The notes beneath the pieces were generated by a model. The model was not told the DNA's origin and did no database searches. It was given only the letters and a program-made list of their open reading frames with translations. This document shows, piece by piece, positions 23,066-36,334 of a stretch of 64,000 nt of DNA. Source of the DNA: Lama glama (taxonomy: Eukaryota). Position numbers and translations under genes: made by a program. The stretch covers positions 20,586,001 to 20,650,000 of the forward strand of contig CM052818.1 in the NCBI GenBank assembly GCA_028534125.1, read 5' to 3'. The stretch's first letter is position 1. Each line of letters starts with the position of its first letter.

Positions 23066-24044
23066 GTGGGTTATAATTTTATAAGGATTAAAATATGCAA
23101 TTCACGTCTTACGAACGCCATTCCACATCTGGAACTGTGGAATCCCTCCTTGAGGCTGGTGAACGACTTCCCAACATGTCAGGTGTTTATCTGAGTGGCT
23201 GGTCTGTGTCCTGCACCAGAACTGCATCCCATGAGCTTTGAGCTACATGCCAATGACACCCCAGAGTAAACATTCAATCCCAACTAAACCGAGGCTCAGG
23301 CAGCAAGAAAGATGGCATCTCTGAGCTTTGCACCACACTGTATAATTTGTTTGTAGCATATTTTCTTCCTGAATATATTTTGTTCAGCCTGACACTGAAC
23401 AGGTTGGCTTTTCTGAGCACACACCCGCAGTGGTTCAGGGAAGATGATCCAGGAACACATTAAAATCCTGTTTTCCTCTCTGTCTTTGGGGCTCTGACCA
23501 TCAGCACTTCACCAGCTTTCAAAGGCACAAAGAACATCTCTCTTTGCTCTGGAGTTGTGCTCGCTGCCCAGTCCAGCCTCTGGAGTGTCTACTCCTTAGA
23601 GGCTGGACTGCCTTCCCTCCCCTCCAATTCCAGCACAAAATCTCACCTGCCCAGAGCTAACTTCCTGTTGAACCCAATTGATGAATGCATGTGAGCAGCT
23701 CTGAGAGGTCCTAAGCTGGACACAGAACAGTGGAGATAACAGACGGGAAAAGCCAGAGCATGTGCTCTCCCGATGGAGGCTGAGTAAAGAGCACCAGGTA
23801 TTTGAGTCACACCGAGATCCTAATGTAGGGAAGGATCACATTTTGCAGAGTCAGGGGTGCTGGCAGTGGCTTGCTTGCCAGGCACAGGAGTTTCTTTAAT
23901 GAAATTCAGAGAATGAAAAAGAGTGATGAGCACCACATGTGTGGAGCTCGCTCACATGCTCTCACACGCAGCCCAAAGGCGCAGGAGGCAAGGGGAGGCC
24001 GGCAGGCGTGGCTTCATATCCCAATTATGCCCTTTACAAGGCTG

Positions 24045-24185
24045 GAGGACCTTGAGTAAATTACTTGACTTCTCGGAGCCTCAATCTCTTCCTCTGTAAA
24101 ATGAAAGTGGTCTTGTGTAGCTTACAGGATTATTGTGAGTTCTTCCTGAGATCGAGTATGGAAAATGCCTGGCATGTATCCACAG
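24045..24185 (+). mobile_element. MIR SINE
   Basis: gaccttgagtaaattacttgacttctcggagcctcaatctcttcctctgtaaaatga. Confidence 0.8.
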
Positions 24186-24292
24186 ATCAAAAAAGTTCTT
24201 TCAAAAATACCTGCTAGCTGGCATTTCAGGACCTATAAATGCAGACTCCTAAAATACTGGGTGAAAGGTTAGCAGTGAGTTCCCAGTCAAAC

Positions 24293-25172
24293 CCTACATC
24301 TGATAAGGAGTTAATATCCAGAATATATAAAGAACTCTTACAACTCAGAAACAACAAAAAGAAACCAGCAAAGTACGTGAACAGGCATTTCTCCAAAGAA
24401 GATATACAAATGGCCAATAAGCACACAAAGAGTTGCTCCGTATCACTAATCATTAGGGAAATGTAAATGGTGGCTACTAGGGAAAAAAAAGTATTAGCAA
24501 GGATGTGGAGAAATTGGAACACTTGTGCACCTCTGGTAGGAGTGTAAAATGGTGCAGCCACTATGGAAAACAGTATGGCGGTTCCTCAAAAAGTTAAACA
24601 TAGAACTGCCGTATGATCCAGCAGTTCAGCTTCTGGGTATACACGCGAAAGAACTGAAAGCAGGGTCTCTAAGAGATATTTGTACACCTGTGCTCATAGC
24701 AGCATTACTCAGAAGAACCAAAAGGTGGGAGCAGCCCAAGTACCCTCAGTGGATGAATGGATAAGCTCAACATAGTACATACATACAATGAAATATTATT
24801 CAGTCTTTAAAAGGAAGGAAAATTCTGACACATGCTACAACATAGATGCAACCTGCAGACATTATGCTAAGTGAAATAAGCCAGTCACAAAGAGACAAAT
24901 ATTATATCAGTCCACTCATACAATAAGGTAGTCAAAAATCATAAAGATGGAAATCATGACGGTGGTTGTCAAGGGATAAGGATAGGGGAGAATGGGAAGT
25001 TATTGTTTAATAGGTAGAGTTTCAGTTTTACAAGATGAAAAGAATTATGGGGATGGATGGTGGTGATGGTTGCACAGGCGTGCGAATGTACTTGATACCC
25101 CTGAACTGTACACCTAAAAATGGCTAAGATGGTAAATTTTATATTTTGTGTATTTTACTCCATTTTTTAAAA
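24293..25172 (+). mobile_element. L1MA/L1MB ORF2 C-terminus plus 3' UTR
   Basis: [16 protein letters not shown]...[15 protein letters not shown] and [24 protein letters not shown], followed by typical L1 3' UTR. Confidence 0.95.
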
Positions 25173-25884
25173 TATGCCAAAAGTAAAAAACGAAACTATA
25201 CAGTTGTTTCATGCCATGTACTATAGGGATGAAACAATGAGAAACAAATTGTCGTGGCCTCAAGGGGTTCCAATCTCTGAGGAAATGAGATGAATATATG
25301 CAGAACAAGGCCGGGAACCATCCAGTGTGGGTCAGCACCGGAGAAATCAGAGAAGCAAGCAATCCGGGCAGCTGCAGAGTCAGGGGGACTCAGGCGATGG
25401 GAACTGAAGCCCAGGAAGGTCAGAAGAGTCTAGAAGGGCTTGAGGCATAGAGAGGGCACAGGACTGGGAGAGAAGGCTTAAGAGCAGGAATATGATGATA
25501 AAGTTCCTGAGGCCACGAAGCAGTCTGTCTCCTTAGAGAGAAGGAGCATGTTGAGAGATCATGTGGGTAGACAGGTTCCAACAGAGATGTATAAAGCAGT
25601 CTTGAATAAAAGTTGGGTTCAATGTCCATGTGATGCTATAAAAAAGGGGGGAGCATTGAATGCTGTGGGGAAGGCGAGTGATATAATGTCTTGCCTTTAT
25701 ATAGCAGCCTCTCCCATTATGCCCCGGTGCCGTCCACCACAGACAGTAACGCCATCATGGGACAGAAACTGTGGTAGGGAGCTGAGCAGCTCCTCTAGTG
25801 ACACACATCTCATTAGCTTTGGAGTTTGAAATGGATCCCTCCAACATAAAGGTACAGACTCTTCATTTTCTTATTCTTTGTTCT

Positions 25885-26135
25885 ATAAATATTTATTGAG
25901 TGCTGATTGCATGCCAGGCACTCACTCTTCTTGACACGGAGGATGGAAAAGGCTGCAGAAGGAGCAGGCTGGGGGAGGAATGCCAGGAGCTCAGGTTTGG
26001 ACACCTGAAGTGTGAGAAGCCTATTCAGTTGCCCAGGCAGGTGAATGCAAGTCTCAGAGGGGAGGTTCGAACAGAAGTCAAAACTGAAGAACCGTCAGTA
26101 TATATGAGGTATTTGAAACCAAGGAACTAGATAGA
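25885..26135 (-). mobile_element. L2 LINE fragments
   Basis: aaatatttattgagtgct...tgccaggcact; ggagctcaggtttggacacctgaagtgtgagaagcct...ggtatttgaaacc. Confidence 0.7.
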
Positions 26136-27289
26136 GCTGATAGCTTTGCCTACAAATATAAATAAAAGATGAAAGAAAGAAAGAGTGGAGGGAAGGGAAA
26201 AGAAATTCTCAGAAATGAGAGATGGGTATAATTGGGATTGATGCTGAATTTCCTTCAGTTCTGCTGCCTGATTTCTCTTAACTATCGCATGTGGGCATAT
26301 GATAATTGATATACTAATTTATAAAAGAGAAAAAGACATCTTACTATGGTAAAAGTCCACAGGCTTGTGGCCTGATGTATAATGATCTCTTAGACCATCC
26401 ATTTAAATTAGCCCAGTGACTCAGGGCTACAGAGAATTGAGACAAGATGGGGAAAAAAATTACATGCTGAACAAACCGAATGAAACATAGAAACTTGAAC
26501 ACGGATTCTTAGAAAGAACACTGATACTGTTCTGGTTTCCACATCTCACTGCTCTTCAGACACTGGGGATGCTCCAAGGGGCTGGTGCACATTCATGGTC
26601 TCCCTGGGAGACAAACTGGTCAGAGCCAACTCTCCTCCCCCCAGCACTCCCTTCACCACCAGAAACAAAACTGACTGGGATCCTAAGTGAGATTAGACTT
26701 TCCTTAATGCCATACCCACTTCTATTAGTGGGCAGTTATCTGTACAAATAATAAACACAGAAAAGCAAAACCTCCACGTCTTTCAGTTAAATGAGAAAGC
26801 TTCCTTGAATTACAAGAAGATCCGGAGGTCAGATACCCGCGGGACAGAGTGAGTGATGTGGACAGGGCGGAGGGGAAGAAAAGTTGTTTAGAACAGGGAT
26901 GAGAAAGGTAAACACACCAGAGCAGAGGGAGCAAGGAAGCCTCAAGGGCTGTGACTCGAGGCACAAGTTCTGAAGCCACTGAAGGGAGAGGTGCGGCAGG
27001 CCTGTCAGAGCACAGACACGGGCATCTGGATATCAGGGATCCCCTGTCCCAGCCCCACTATTCCCACCACCATCTGCCTCCATCGCTGCCGGAAGGGGGA
27101 GGATATGCAGAGTGGAGTGGTTTCTAGGCCTCCCAAGAACACACAAGCACAAGTAAGAAGTGACTGATCTCAGAATTCACAGAAAGTGGCCATCCTTGCC
27201 CGCAAACCTCCCCTCTTGACCCCGCTAACGACAATGCGCCCTGCAGCAATGTGTCCAATTCTACTCAAGGCAATTCATTCCTTTCGGTT

Positions 27290-27525
27290 CAACCAGAAGG
27301 CACATCACAATCACCTGGAGAACTTTGAAAAACAGTTTCTAGGGCACTCCACGGGACTCACAAATCATACTGTCTCGATTATTTCTCACAGCAAACAACA
27401 CAGTGGGTATCATTATCCCCATTTTACAGATGAGGAAGCCAAGCTCAGAATCATTAAGCAAGTTACCCAAGGTTATCCAGCTTGCAATGGTTCAGGATTT
27501 AAACCCAGGGCTGCCTGCCTCTTCC
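27290..27525. mobile_element. MER5-like fragment followed by a minus-strand MIR
   Basis: cacatcacaatcacctggagaacttt...; attatccccattttacagatgaggaagccaagctcaga...ggatttaaacccagg. Confidence 0.75.
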
Positions 27526-27849
27526 CCATATGTCATTTATTAGATTCACTATCTGAAAAAACAACAGCCAAATCCACAATCAACTTAGCTCCCAGGAGTC
27601 AAACTCCTTCCTGTACACTCAGGTCTCTGCCCCCTTCGCCAGGGCCCAGCGATGAGGTCATTCTGGCACTCGGGCTGTCTCTGGCCAGGCTGGCTTCCTA
27701 TTCTGATGGCTCAGGAGCTGAGAGAACATCTGTGGAGACTGGGGCCAGAATCAGGCTCTCCGTTGAGTCTGCTAATGTGGGTGTGTTGGCTTAAGCTATT
27801 CGGACTAAACAGAATCTAAGACCTCATGCTTGAGGCAAGGTTTTGAAAA

Positions 27850-28830
27850 GAAGCGGTGGGGGGCGGGAGGGGGAATACCCACGCCCACAATGCGGATGTG
27901 AGGAATCAGTAAATGTACACAGATGTAGCCAGGCAGGGCGGGATCTGAAAGATAAACCAGAGTTGGCTCAGTAGGAAGGGATGAGCTAACTTCCGACGTC
28001 AGCTTCTCCTGGTTCCTTTATCGAAAGCAACTTCAAAGTCAGAAAAGCATCAGCCTAGCCTGGAAGGTTCCTGGACCAGTCTGTGAGGGGTAAGAAATCT
28101 CATGAGAGGAGAAAGACTTCCATCAAGTTGTCCTTGGCCGATTCTTTATCCCCGATTCTTAGAATTTTAACCTGGCCAGTGTTAATAAGGAGTTAGGAAA
28201 AAAAAAAGGATGTTCAGGCAGCTGGAACTCTGCCTCCCTTTCATGGCTAATTCTAAGGCTGCCTCTTTGAGACCAGGAGAGTCTTGGCTATGTCCCCAGG
28301 TACCAGCTGTCTGTCTCTCAGGCCCCATCTAGCACCTGAGCCCATACCTCCTTCAAGAGGCAGATCCAGAGGCTAGCCCAAGTCTATCAGTGCTGTACCT
28401 CCAATACGCGTCTCAGAGCACCTGTTTCCATCCCTGAGAGGAGGCGGCGAGCACCAGGAAGCAGGAACGCAAAGCCCTGTCCACACTCTGAGCAGAGCCT
28501 GTCTTCCCGACATTGCTACAGCATAGCGCGCACCCCAGTGCTGTCAGAGGCGGAGCAGGTAACATGCATCACGGGGGATTAACTGGGAGCCCCTGGCGCC
28601 TCAAGGCCTTGAGGACCCTGCTGCAGGCGCGGAGCCCTGTTGCACTCTCTGGCAGCGGTGGCGGTCGCGCTGGCAGCCTTCCCGGCTAATCCAGCACAGG
28701 CTGTATTAGCATTGAGCTCCCTCCTGAACCTACCCTTTGAGACCACAGCCCACAGCCTGTCAGCAATGCTGCCAGCCCGGGCTCGGGCCCAAACCGTGCA
28801 CATGCCCATCTGCTGGGCTAGGCTGGCAAG
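27850..28830. promoter_or_regulatory. CpG-retaining candidate regulatory region
   Basis: GC box ggggcggg, ccacgccc, gacgtca and many CpGs in 28400-28800 (gcggtggcggtcgcgc); repeat-free. Confidence 0.4.
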
Positions 28831-30394
28831 ATCACCGACCTGATTGGTGGACCCTGGCTGGGGACCCACCATGTCAGAGCAGGAGAAGCAAGGCAGCTCC
28901 AGCTTCCCCCAGAGGGGCCCCTGCTCTCTTTCTGCCAAAGCCAGGCCCTATTCCTGGGGCTCTGTCTGCTCCAGGAAGACCCTAACGTTTGTCCCCACTG
29001 GGCTCAAGATCCTGTCCCACTCCCTATAACTGACTGGGTGTCTTTGTGCAACTTAAACCTAAAAAGTGTCAGACCTGTGCAGCTGAAACCAAACTGCAAA
29101 CGACCTCCAGAGTCTCGGCTCCAACCTTGTTTCCAGGGTATGTTTTTCAATCTGATTTTGCAACTCATCAAAAATATCCTCTAGTGTTTTTAACACACAA
29201 AGGTCTACTCCAACCCCCGGTCCTATCTGCAGCTTAGCACAAACCTGCTTCCATAATCAATGACTCCTTTACAGACACAGACAGAAGGGGTTCCATTTGG
29301 GGTTGCTGAGTCCAGCTTCCTAATGCCTCAATTCCCCCACCGGAGCTTTTCCTATATTAGTTTTAGGACTCGGTGAGCAACATTTTTTTTTTTTTTTGCA
29401 AGAGAGTTACTTCAGAAAAAATAAAAATGTTTGCAGTATATATACATATATATACACTTTTTTTAATGAGATGTTTTAAATCAGAAAATGTGATAGATTT
29501 CTACAACTGACAATTTTTCTAGTTTCCCCGTCAGTAGAAACTTCCACGGAGCAGAAGGCTACTAAAAACTTTGGAAACCACTAGGTAATTAGTATATTCT
29601 ATAGTATGTCCTGGTAATGCCGCACCTTCGAACAATTGTGGTCTGAGTTGAGACCACGTAGAGCTGGGGTGGGGCAGGGAGAAATCAAAACATTTGGGGG
29701 TGCAGAAGTGAATAATCAGACAGGAATGAAAAAGCAAAATGCCCTGACTGTAATGAGATGAGCTAGAAGTGACTGGGAGGAGTTTGGGAGAATAAGGAAG
29801 ACAGAAACTGGCATGAAAAAGACCACAAAGACATTCCCCTGGGGAGGTTCCTGGAGCCTAGGACGGGAAGGCTACATGGGAGGACTCACAATGGGGAGGG
29901 AGGGAGGAGGCATCTGAGTGGCTCCTAAGAAATGAATAGGGTGGTCGGGGTAGAGGCGTGAGTGGATGGACACTGAACACTCTAGATGAGCCTACTTTCC
30001 CACTCTCTTCCCAACCTATCAGCCTCTGTCACCCATGCTGTGCCCTAAGCCCTCTGCACCAATCCCAGATTCCCCCCATTCCCTTGAAAGCCTCCACCCC
30101 TGACTTAGCCCAAGGCAGGGGATCCAGCCTCTTTGCTCCAGTCAGATGGCGGTGGCAGCAGAAGAGCCACTGATTCACTCAGCTCAGGGGAATGCGTCCA
30201 CTTCTCAGGGAATGAGAGTAATTACTCTTGACTGACTCTAATACTTTGTGGCTTTTCATTCTTGCTACTACATTGGGGTAGTATCTCAAAGCTACTTAGT
30301 CCATTGCAACCTAAAGCTCAGATGCTCATTAAGACACAAATCTCATTGTCACTCAGGCTCGAACAGGATCTAAGGTCAGGCTTTCTTGTTGCTT

Positions 30395-30790
30395 TTCTTA
30401 AGGTATCACTGACATGCTGTAAAATTCACCCTTTTTAGTGTAGGTTCTGTGAATTTTGAAAATATTTACAGTCTTGTAAACACCACTACAATCAACATAT
30501 AAGGGGTGGGTATAGCTCAGTGGTAGAGCACCTGTTTAGCATGCATGAGGTCCTAGGTTCAATCCCCAGCACCTCCATTCAAAACAAAAAAATATATAAA
30601 ATAGTCTATTACCTAAAAAAATTCCCCCATCCCCCTTTGTAGTCAAACCACCACCTCTACCCAACTCTCCACTCTTGGAATATGTTTTCCAAACCTGCAG
30701 TTTTGCCTTTTCTAGAATGTTATATACATGGGATCATACAGTATTTTTTTGAGTCTGGTTTCTTTCACTTGGCATAATCCTTTTGAATGC
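30395..30790 (-). mobile_element. Old L1M 3' UTR fragment interrupted by a SINE
   Basis: aaaattcaccctttttagtgta...caccactacaatcaa | SINE | ...ttttgccttttctagaatgttatatacatgggatcatacagta. Confidence 0.8.
30503..30590 (+). mobile_element. tRNA-Ala-derived SINE (Vic-1-like, camelid)
   Basis: gggtatagctcagtggtagagc...ttagcatgcatgaggtcctaggttcaatccccagcacctcca plus A tail; TSD aacatataa (30494-30502) / aatatataa (30591-30599). Confidence 0.88.
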
Positions 30791-31243
30791 AATATCAAGG
30801 TTTTAAAGAGGATAGGAAGAAAAAGAATTAGAAGGAATTGGACATTAGCTGAGTCCTCAGATAGGCCCAGGAGGGTCCAGAAAAAGGAGAGTAGGAACCC
30901 CAAAGATACAATCTGCCACCTTTGCAGCTAGGGGCTGCCCCTAAATAAAAAGAGCTCACACACAGACGTAAAGACATTGACTGTCCAGGAACAACTTAGG
31001 GAAATTCAAAGAACATGAACTGTGATCAGAAGACACATACTTCAGTTCACTGTGTGATCTTGGGTCAGTCACTTAGCCCTTCTGAGAGTCACAATTTCAT
31101 TCTATGTCTAATGAAGCCCAGACCCAGCCAATCAGAGCACCAGATCTCCTTGGCCATAGTGATGAACTCAAGGAAAGACCCTTCCAGTGACTTCTGCTGA
31201 AGCTATCAGGAAAGATACTTCCTCTTATCATCCTGTGGGTTCC

Positions 31244-31791
31244 AAATTCATCTATTTCAGACTCTAGAAACATGACTCCTAATCCGGTACTTTTAAGAGG
31301 CAGCATGTCTTAATTCCCAATTAAGGCCAAAGGCAAAGCATTTGTGAGTTCAATATTAACAGTCAAACTTAAGCCTGGAAGAACTTGAGCTGGCCATTTC
31401 TGCCACCACATGGGAAGAAGTTGTCTGCAAAGAGCCAACCAGAAGACAGCAACCTAGAAGGACAAAGACAGCAACGTGATGACATCATCATGTGAGCACC
31501 CTGATCCAACTGTTTCCATCTATCCCTGGACCAGTACTGAACCAATACAGAGCCTTTATTTGCTTGATAAGAGTAATACAAAGCAACCTCACTTCTCAGA
31601 GGTGTTGGAAGGATCAGAAAATAACACCTATGACAGGGCCATGTAAACGACGCAGATACATGATGTTAAAATTCACCTATTTCCAGCTCTATGAACATGA
31701 TTCCCAATCCTGCACCTTTAAGAGCTACCACATCTAAGGCCAAAGGCAAAGCATTTGTTAGATCACACATGACAACCAAACACCTAAGACT
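31244..31791 (+). repeat. Diverged direct duplication of ~130 bp (31244-31376 and 31669-31791)
   Basis: Colinear similarity with an exact 24-mer taaggccaaaggcaaagcatttgt at 31322-31345 and 31735-31758. Confidence 0.85.
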
Positions 31792-31859
31792 TCTCAGCAT
31801 CAGTTAGACCTTCTTAGAGACAGGCTAGTTCTTCCCAAGGTGCCCAAATCCAGTACCGT

Positions 31860-32720
31860 TCAGCCAATATTTGCTGAGAACAAGGTACAAGGCTGGGATC
31901 CGTGGTTACACAGGGGTTAATAAGATATCATCTTTATCATGAAGGCAATTCAGAGGAAAGAGAAAACACACCCTGGTTGGGAAAATCAGGATGAGATCCT
32001 TGAAGACACGTTAGTTGAGAGTGGAGGGGATTTCAAACAGTGGAGACGAGAAGGAAGGGCAGAAGCAAAGGAAGGCGCAGAAGGAAATACTCAGCTAACT
32101 CAGAAAACAGCAAATAAGCCCTTGGGTTGAGAAGGAGTTATCTACAGGTATAAAGGAATTAAGTCAGAAAGACTGAGGAAATACTACAGAAGATTCTAGT
32201 TGCTAGGCAGAAAGTCATTATTTCATCCTAAAGCAAAGATAAAACCCTGCAAGATTTGAGCAGGAAAATAACCTAATTAAACTTGTGCTAATGAATGACT
32301 TTAATTAACATAATTAAAACTATAAATCTGGTCCTGGTGTGTAGGCTGAGCCTGGAGATGAGAGAGATTGGCAGTGGGGAGGCCAGTTAGGAGGAAACCG
32401 CAGGAGTCCAGGTGAAAAGTTACAGGCGCCCACACCTGCGGACGGCAGGATTCTGGAACAAGAGGCTGTCAGAATCAACAGATAGGACTTACAAGGAGGC
32501 ACTGAGGGAGAACAAGGGAGAAAAGGAATGATATAAAGGGTGCAAGCCAAGGAGACCGGAAGAATGGAGGTGCGGTCATCACCAGGAAGGGAAGCTAAGG
32601 TTAGGTAAGGGTATTACGTGCATTCCCGGGTTGGTTGAAATGGGGATGCTGGGGTCATGTCCAAGTTGAGATGTCCAAGAAGCATTTAGAAATACAAACA
32701 AGGGGGCAGAATGGGAAAAC
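31860..32720 (-). mobile_element. L2 LINE, degenerate
   Basis: ttcagccaatatttgctgag...gggaggccagttaggagg...gggtcatgtccaagttgagatgtcc. Confidence 0.65.
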
Positions 32721-34214
32721 CTCAGGACCCAGAGGGAGGCGAGGAAGAGCTGTGGGACAGATAGGGCCCCTATCCAAGCAAGATGCGGAGAACCTTCAAG
32801 AGAGGATGGTGGGAACAATCAATGGAGGGTGCCTGGCTGGACTGGACTCTGCCAACTCTGACTTTCTACATCTTGTGGCTCCAGGGGAGAAGGGGACCAG
32901 GAGTGGCAGATGGTGGGGAACATCTCCATATCAGGACGGAAGGAGAGGTGTCTGTGAACAAGGCAGAAAGTGTGGCTGAGAAATCAAAGGACGACCAGTA
33001 TGACTCTGCTGGGCAGCTCAGAGGAGGAGCCACGAGCCTTGGACAAACAGGCCTCCACTTTGGGTCTCAGTCTCTAGCCATGCGGAAGGGCACACTGCCT
33101 CCCGCCCTGCCTCTTGGCCCTCCTTTGTGAAGGATGGACAGGTAACATCTATTGAGTGTCCTGAGGAAGAGCACCGAGTATCCCATGACTGGCCAAGGCC
33201 TCAATTTTGCCAGGCTCAAGGCAGGGCAGGGAGGGGAGCGAGAATGACTCCATGAGGAGTGTTGGGGGTTTCTGATTTATCTCAAAGACGAGAGAGAGCG
33301 CAAGCAAGCAGGCAGCCTGTAAGCGAGCCAGGGCGTGGGCCAGGGGTAATTCATGTTCACCTGCTCACCCACCTCCCATCAGGATTTCATTTTGAAGACA
33401 GCTGCGTAGGAGGAACATTTGGCCTCAGGTTGGCAAGGCTGGTGTATCCACACTCCCCTGGGGGAACCGTCCAGCTCCTTGTGCTACGGGAGCCATGCTG
33501 GTCACCAGGTTTGGTCCTGGTGGCACACGGGAGGAGAGGTACACCCAGCTGACCACTGCCCGTCCCTCTTCAGAATGATCATGCCCCTCTGCCCTCTGCC
33601 CTACCCGACCCTTCATTGTTCCCATTCTCCAAGATCTGGGTTTGGGCCTTACCTCCTCAGTGAAGTCTTCCCTGACTACCCAACTCCAAAATGATCCTTA
33701 TTTCCATCAGATTTCTAAAACACATGAGGCTGCAGGACCCAGTCACTTATCATCCCTGTCTAGTGTTCCTACTCGTTCCTTCTTTCCAGGAAACTTCCCG
33801 CACATGACTGGAGGATAGGAGGGGAAAGGCAATGTGCAGAGCAATGGAAGGAAAGAGGTGTAGCCTCCTATGTTTTTTAGACGATGTAACAGGATGGCCC
33901 CTCTGGTAACCACAACACCTAGTAGGAAGAGAGAGGTGCTTTAACGCTGATGGAGATGTCTGTAGCATCAGAGAAGTCAACTCCAGCACAAGGGAACTCC
34001 GGGGAGGCTTCCTGGAGGAGGTGGCTTCTCTGTCTGATTTTCCTAACATATTGATTTATCTGTAAGCAATTGATTTCTTCCCGTGGCCCTCTGGCCCTGA
34101 TACATGACAGCACTGAATCAAAATGTTTTATGCAGTGTGACCTGGTCACAAGAACACGGGCCCTGTTGTCACACAGACCTGCCTTCCAACCCTGCCTATC
34201 ACGAAATAGCTCTC

Positions 34215-34370
34215 TGACTGGGGCGGGCGACAATCTCTCACAACCTGTTTCCTATCTATGAAACAGGAATGAAAGTGCGTATGTCAAATGATATAGTAAA
34301 GGCTAAATGGGACACATGTGGAAGAGCTTAGCACAGTGCCTACCACACAGTAGGTACCCAATTAGTGTTA
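34215..34370 (+). mobile_element. MIR SINE
   Basis: cctgtttcctatctatgaaacaggaatga...gcttagcacagtgcctaccacacagtaggtacccaat. Confidence 0.8.
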
Positions 34371-34624
34371 ATGTCCTTCCCCAAACCCCCACCCCCAACT
34401 CCAGAATCCAAGCCCTGGCCCTTACGAGCAACAGTTCCCTGGTCTAGCCTGCCTTCCTTATTCATTTCCACGTGCATCTTTGGAAAAAAGGCACAAAATG
34501 GTCCTGTTCAAAGAGTCATCTTCTGTTTGGTCCCCCCTGCCCCCACCACTGCCTGCAACACTTTACTTTTCTGCCACCTCCCATCTCCCCTGAGCTCCTT
34601 TCCCTTCCTATTAATCTTCTAAGA

Positions 34625-34860
34625 GCCACAGGCATGTGCCAGGCACCTCCGTAATTGCTTTAGAGGCACTGCTTCACTTAATCTGCAAAACAAACCTATG
34701 AGGTGGGCCCCATCATTAACCCTGTTTCACAGATGATGAAGCTGGGTACAGTGAGGTTACAGGACGTGCCTGTGGTCACCGAGGCCAATACGTGAAAGGG
34801 CTGAAATGCAAACCCAGGCAACCCCCAGCCAAAGTCTGCATCCTTAGCCCCAAACTATAT
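34625..34860 (-). mobile_element. MIR SINE
   Basis: atgtgccaggcac...aaacctatgaggtggg...cctgtttcacagatgatgaagctggg. Confidence 0.75.
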
Positions 34861-35197
34861 TGCCTCGGTGTCTTACAGCTTCATTAGATTGTTCTTTGTA
34901 GAGCTAAATTGGTTACTAAATCAAAGGACTAAATTGCTCTGAGTTATTTGTTCATATTGAGGTGACAGTCTCTGAGGAATGCATAGAGCCAAAGGACAGC
35001 CTGCAGCAAAGAGGACATTTAACTCAAAGATATAAACCTCCAGGGAGGAGAGCGATGGCGGACAGTCTTGCCATAAACCCCAAACCATCCTACAGGGTGA
35101 TGGACCACAGAGTGTTGGAGTCACGGCTGTCCCTATGGCTTCAGGGATCTGCCCACATCACTGGCTATTGCTTCCACCAGAGGCTGGCCTGGCCTAG

Positions 35198-35600
35198 TGT
35201 CACAGGTTGGGTTCCCAGGAAGCCATCTCTGAGATGGAGACTTGTATGCAGGAGGTTGACTGGGGACTGCTCTCAGCATCACTCCCTGTGGAAGGAGTGA
35301 TGGAAGTGGGATGGGGCCCATTTGACTGTGATGCAGCCGTAAAGGTCTTAAGCAGTCCTCAGGGGAGCTCCGCAGCCAGGATGGCCTTACAGGGTTGTCC
35401 CACATTGGGGTAAGGGGGCTAGGCCTTTTAACACCCCAGAAGCCGGTCATTCCATAGGGGCTGCCCCCAGGGAGGGATGGACCTTGGGCAAGAAGGCGCT
35501 CCTTCTCTGAAGGCAACAGCCTTGGGGAGAGGGGACTGTGGTGACTTAAAAAGGTCAACAGTCCCCAGTAGTTGAGGAATGAATGCTTCAGTCCTGTAGA
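35198..35600. mobile_element. Ancient ERVL-class solo LTR (LTR33/LTR16-like; exact family uncertain)
   Basis: tgtcacaggttgggttcccaggaagccatctctgagatggagacttgtatgcaggaggttgactgggga resembles an ERVL LTR terminus. Confidence 0.6.
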
Positions 35601-36334
35601 AGGTCTGTGCACCATGCCATCCACTGCTACGCTCAGGCTCATGGTTATCTTGACACTAGAGGCTCCAGCCAAAGTCCTGCTGCTCCCAGGAATGGGAGCA
35701 CACAGACCAGGGCCCTTCACCTCCTCTTCCATGTGCCTGACTCCCAGGATGCATCACTGAGACTTCCTCAGACACTCTGTCACTTCCACCGCACAAGAAA
35801 CTCAACACGGGGACCACGCACTTGCTCGGAGGAACCTGATGCTTCTCGGGATCGCACTCATTCAGTAAGATAAGGGTCAACTGTCACATGGGACTGAACT
35901 TCAGTTTGGGCTGCACTTCCAACCCAGAGAACCCAAACTGGGCACTGTTTAACCAATTCCCCATCACCGGGCCCCGATGGCAGGTCCCTCATAATGCCAT
36001 GTGTTACATGGTACACGGCTGTAAACAGTAGAGGACGGCCCTGCCGTTACGGAGATTTTCTTGAGAAGCTGAGACCACCCCTTGAAACTGTTGCCCACTG
36101 GATCCCACAAGACACAGGCTCAACGTGAAATCAGAGTTCTGAGTTCTGGGTTCAGGAGGCCAGGCCAGCTTGTGACTCAGCAGATGGAAAGAGACCTCAG
36201 GGTGACTGGCAAAGTCGTGCTGAAATCCACATCTCCCTCAGCCCTGAGCTCTACCTACCAGCTGACCCGGGGACTAGAGAAGGACGGCAAGTGGGGATGT
36301 GGGAGGGAGGAGAAATGGCATTTCAGGCAGCTAC

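Noticed and set aside
27186..27794. 202-aa plus-strand ORF
   Set aside because: Reads through MER5 and MIR relics (YPHFTDEE is the translated MIR core).
30503..30577. Possible genuine tRNA-Ala gene
   Set aside because: It has an A tail and TSD, is inserted in an L1 relic, has stem mismatches, and has two sibling copies in the window, so it is a SINE.
35133..35732. 199-aa minus-strand ORF
   Set aside because: Largely overlaps an old LTR relic, with no gag/pol or host-protein similarity recognised.
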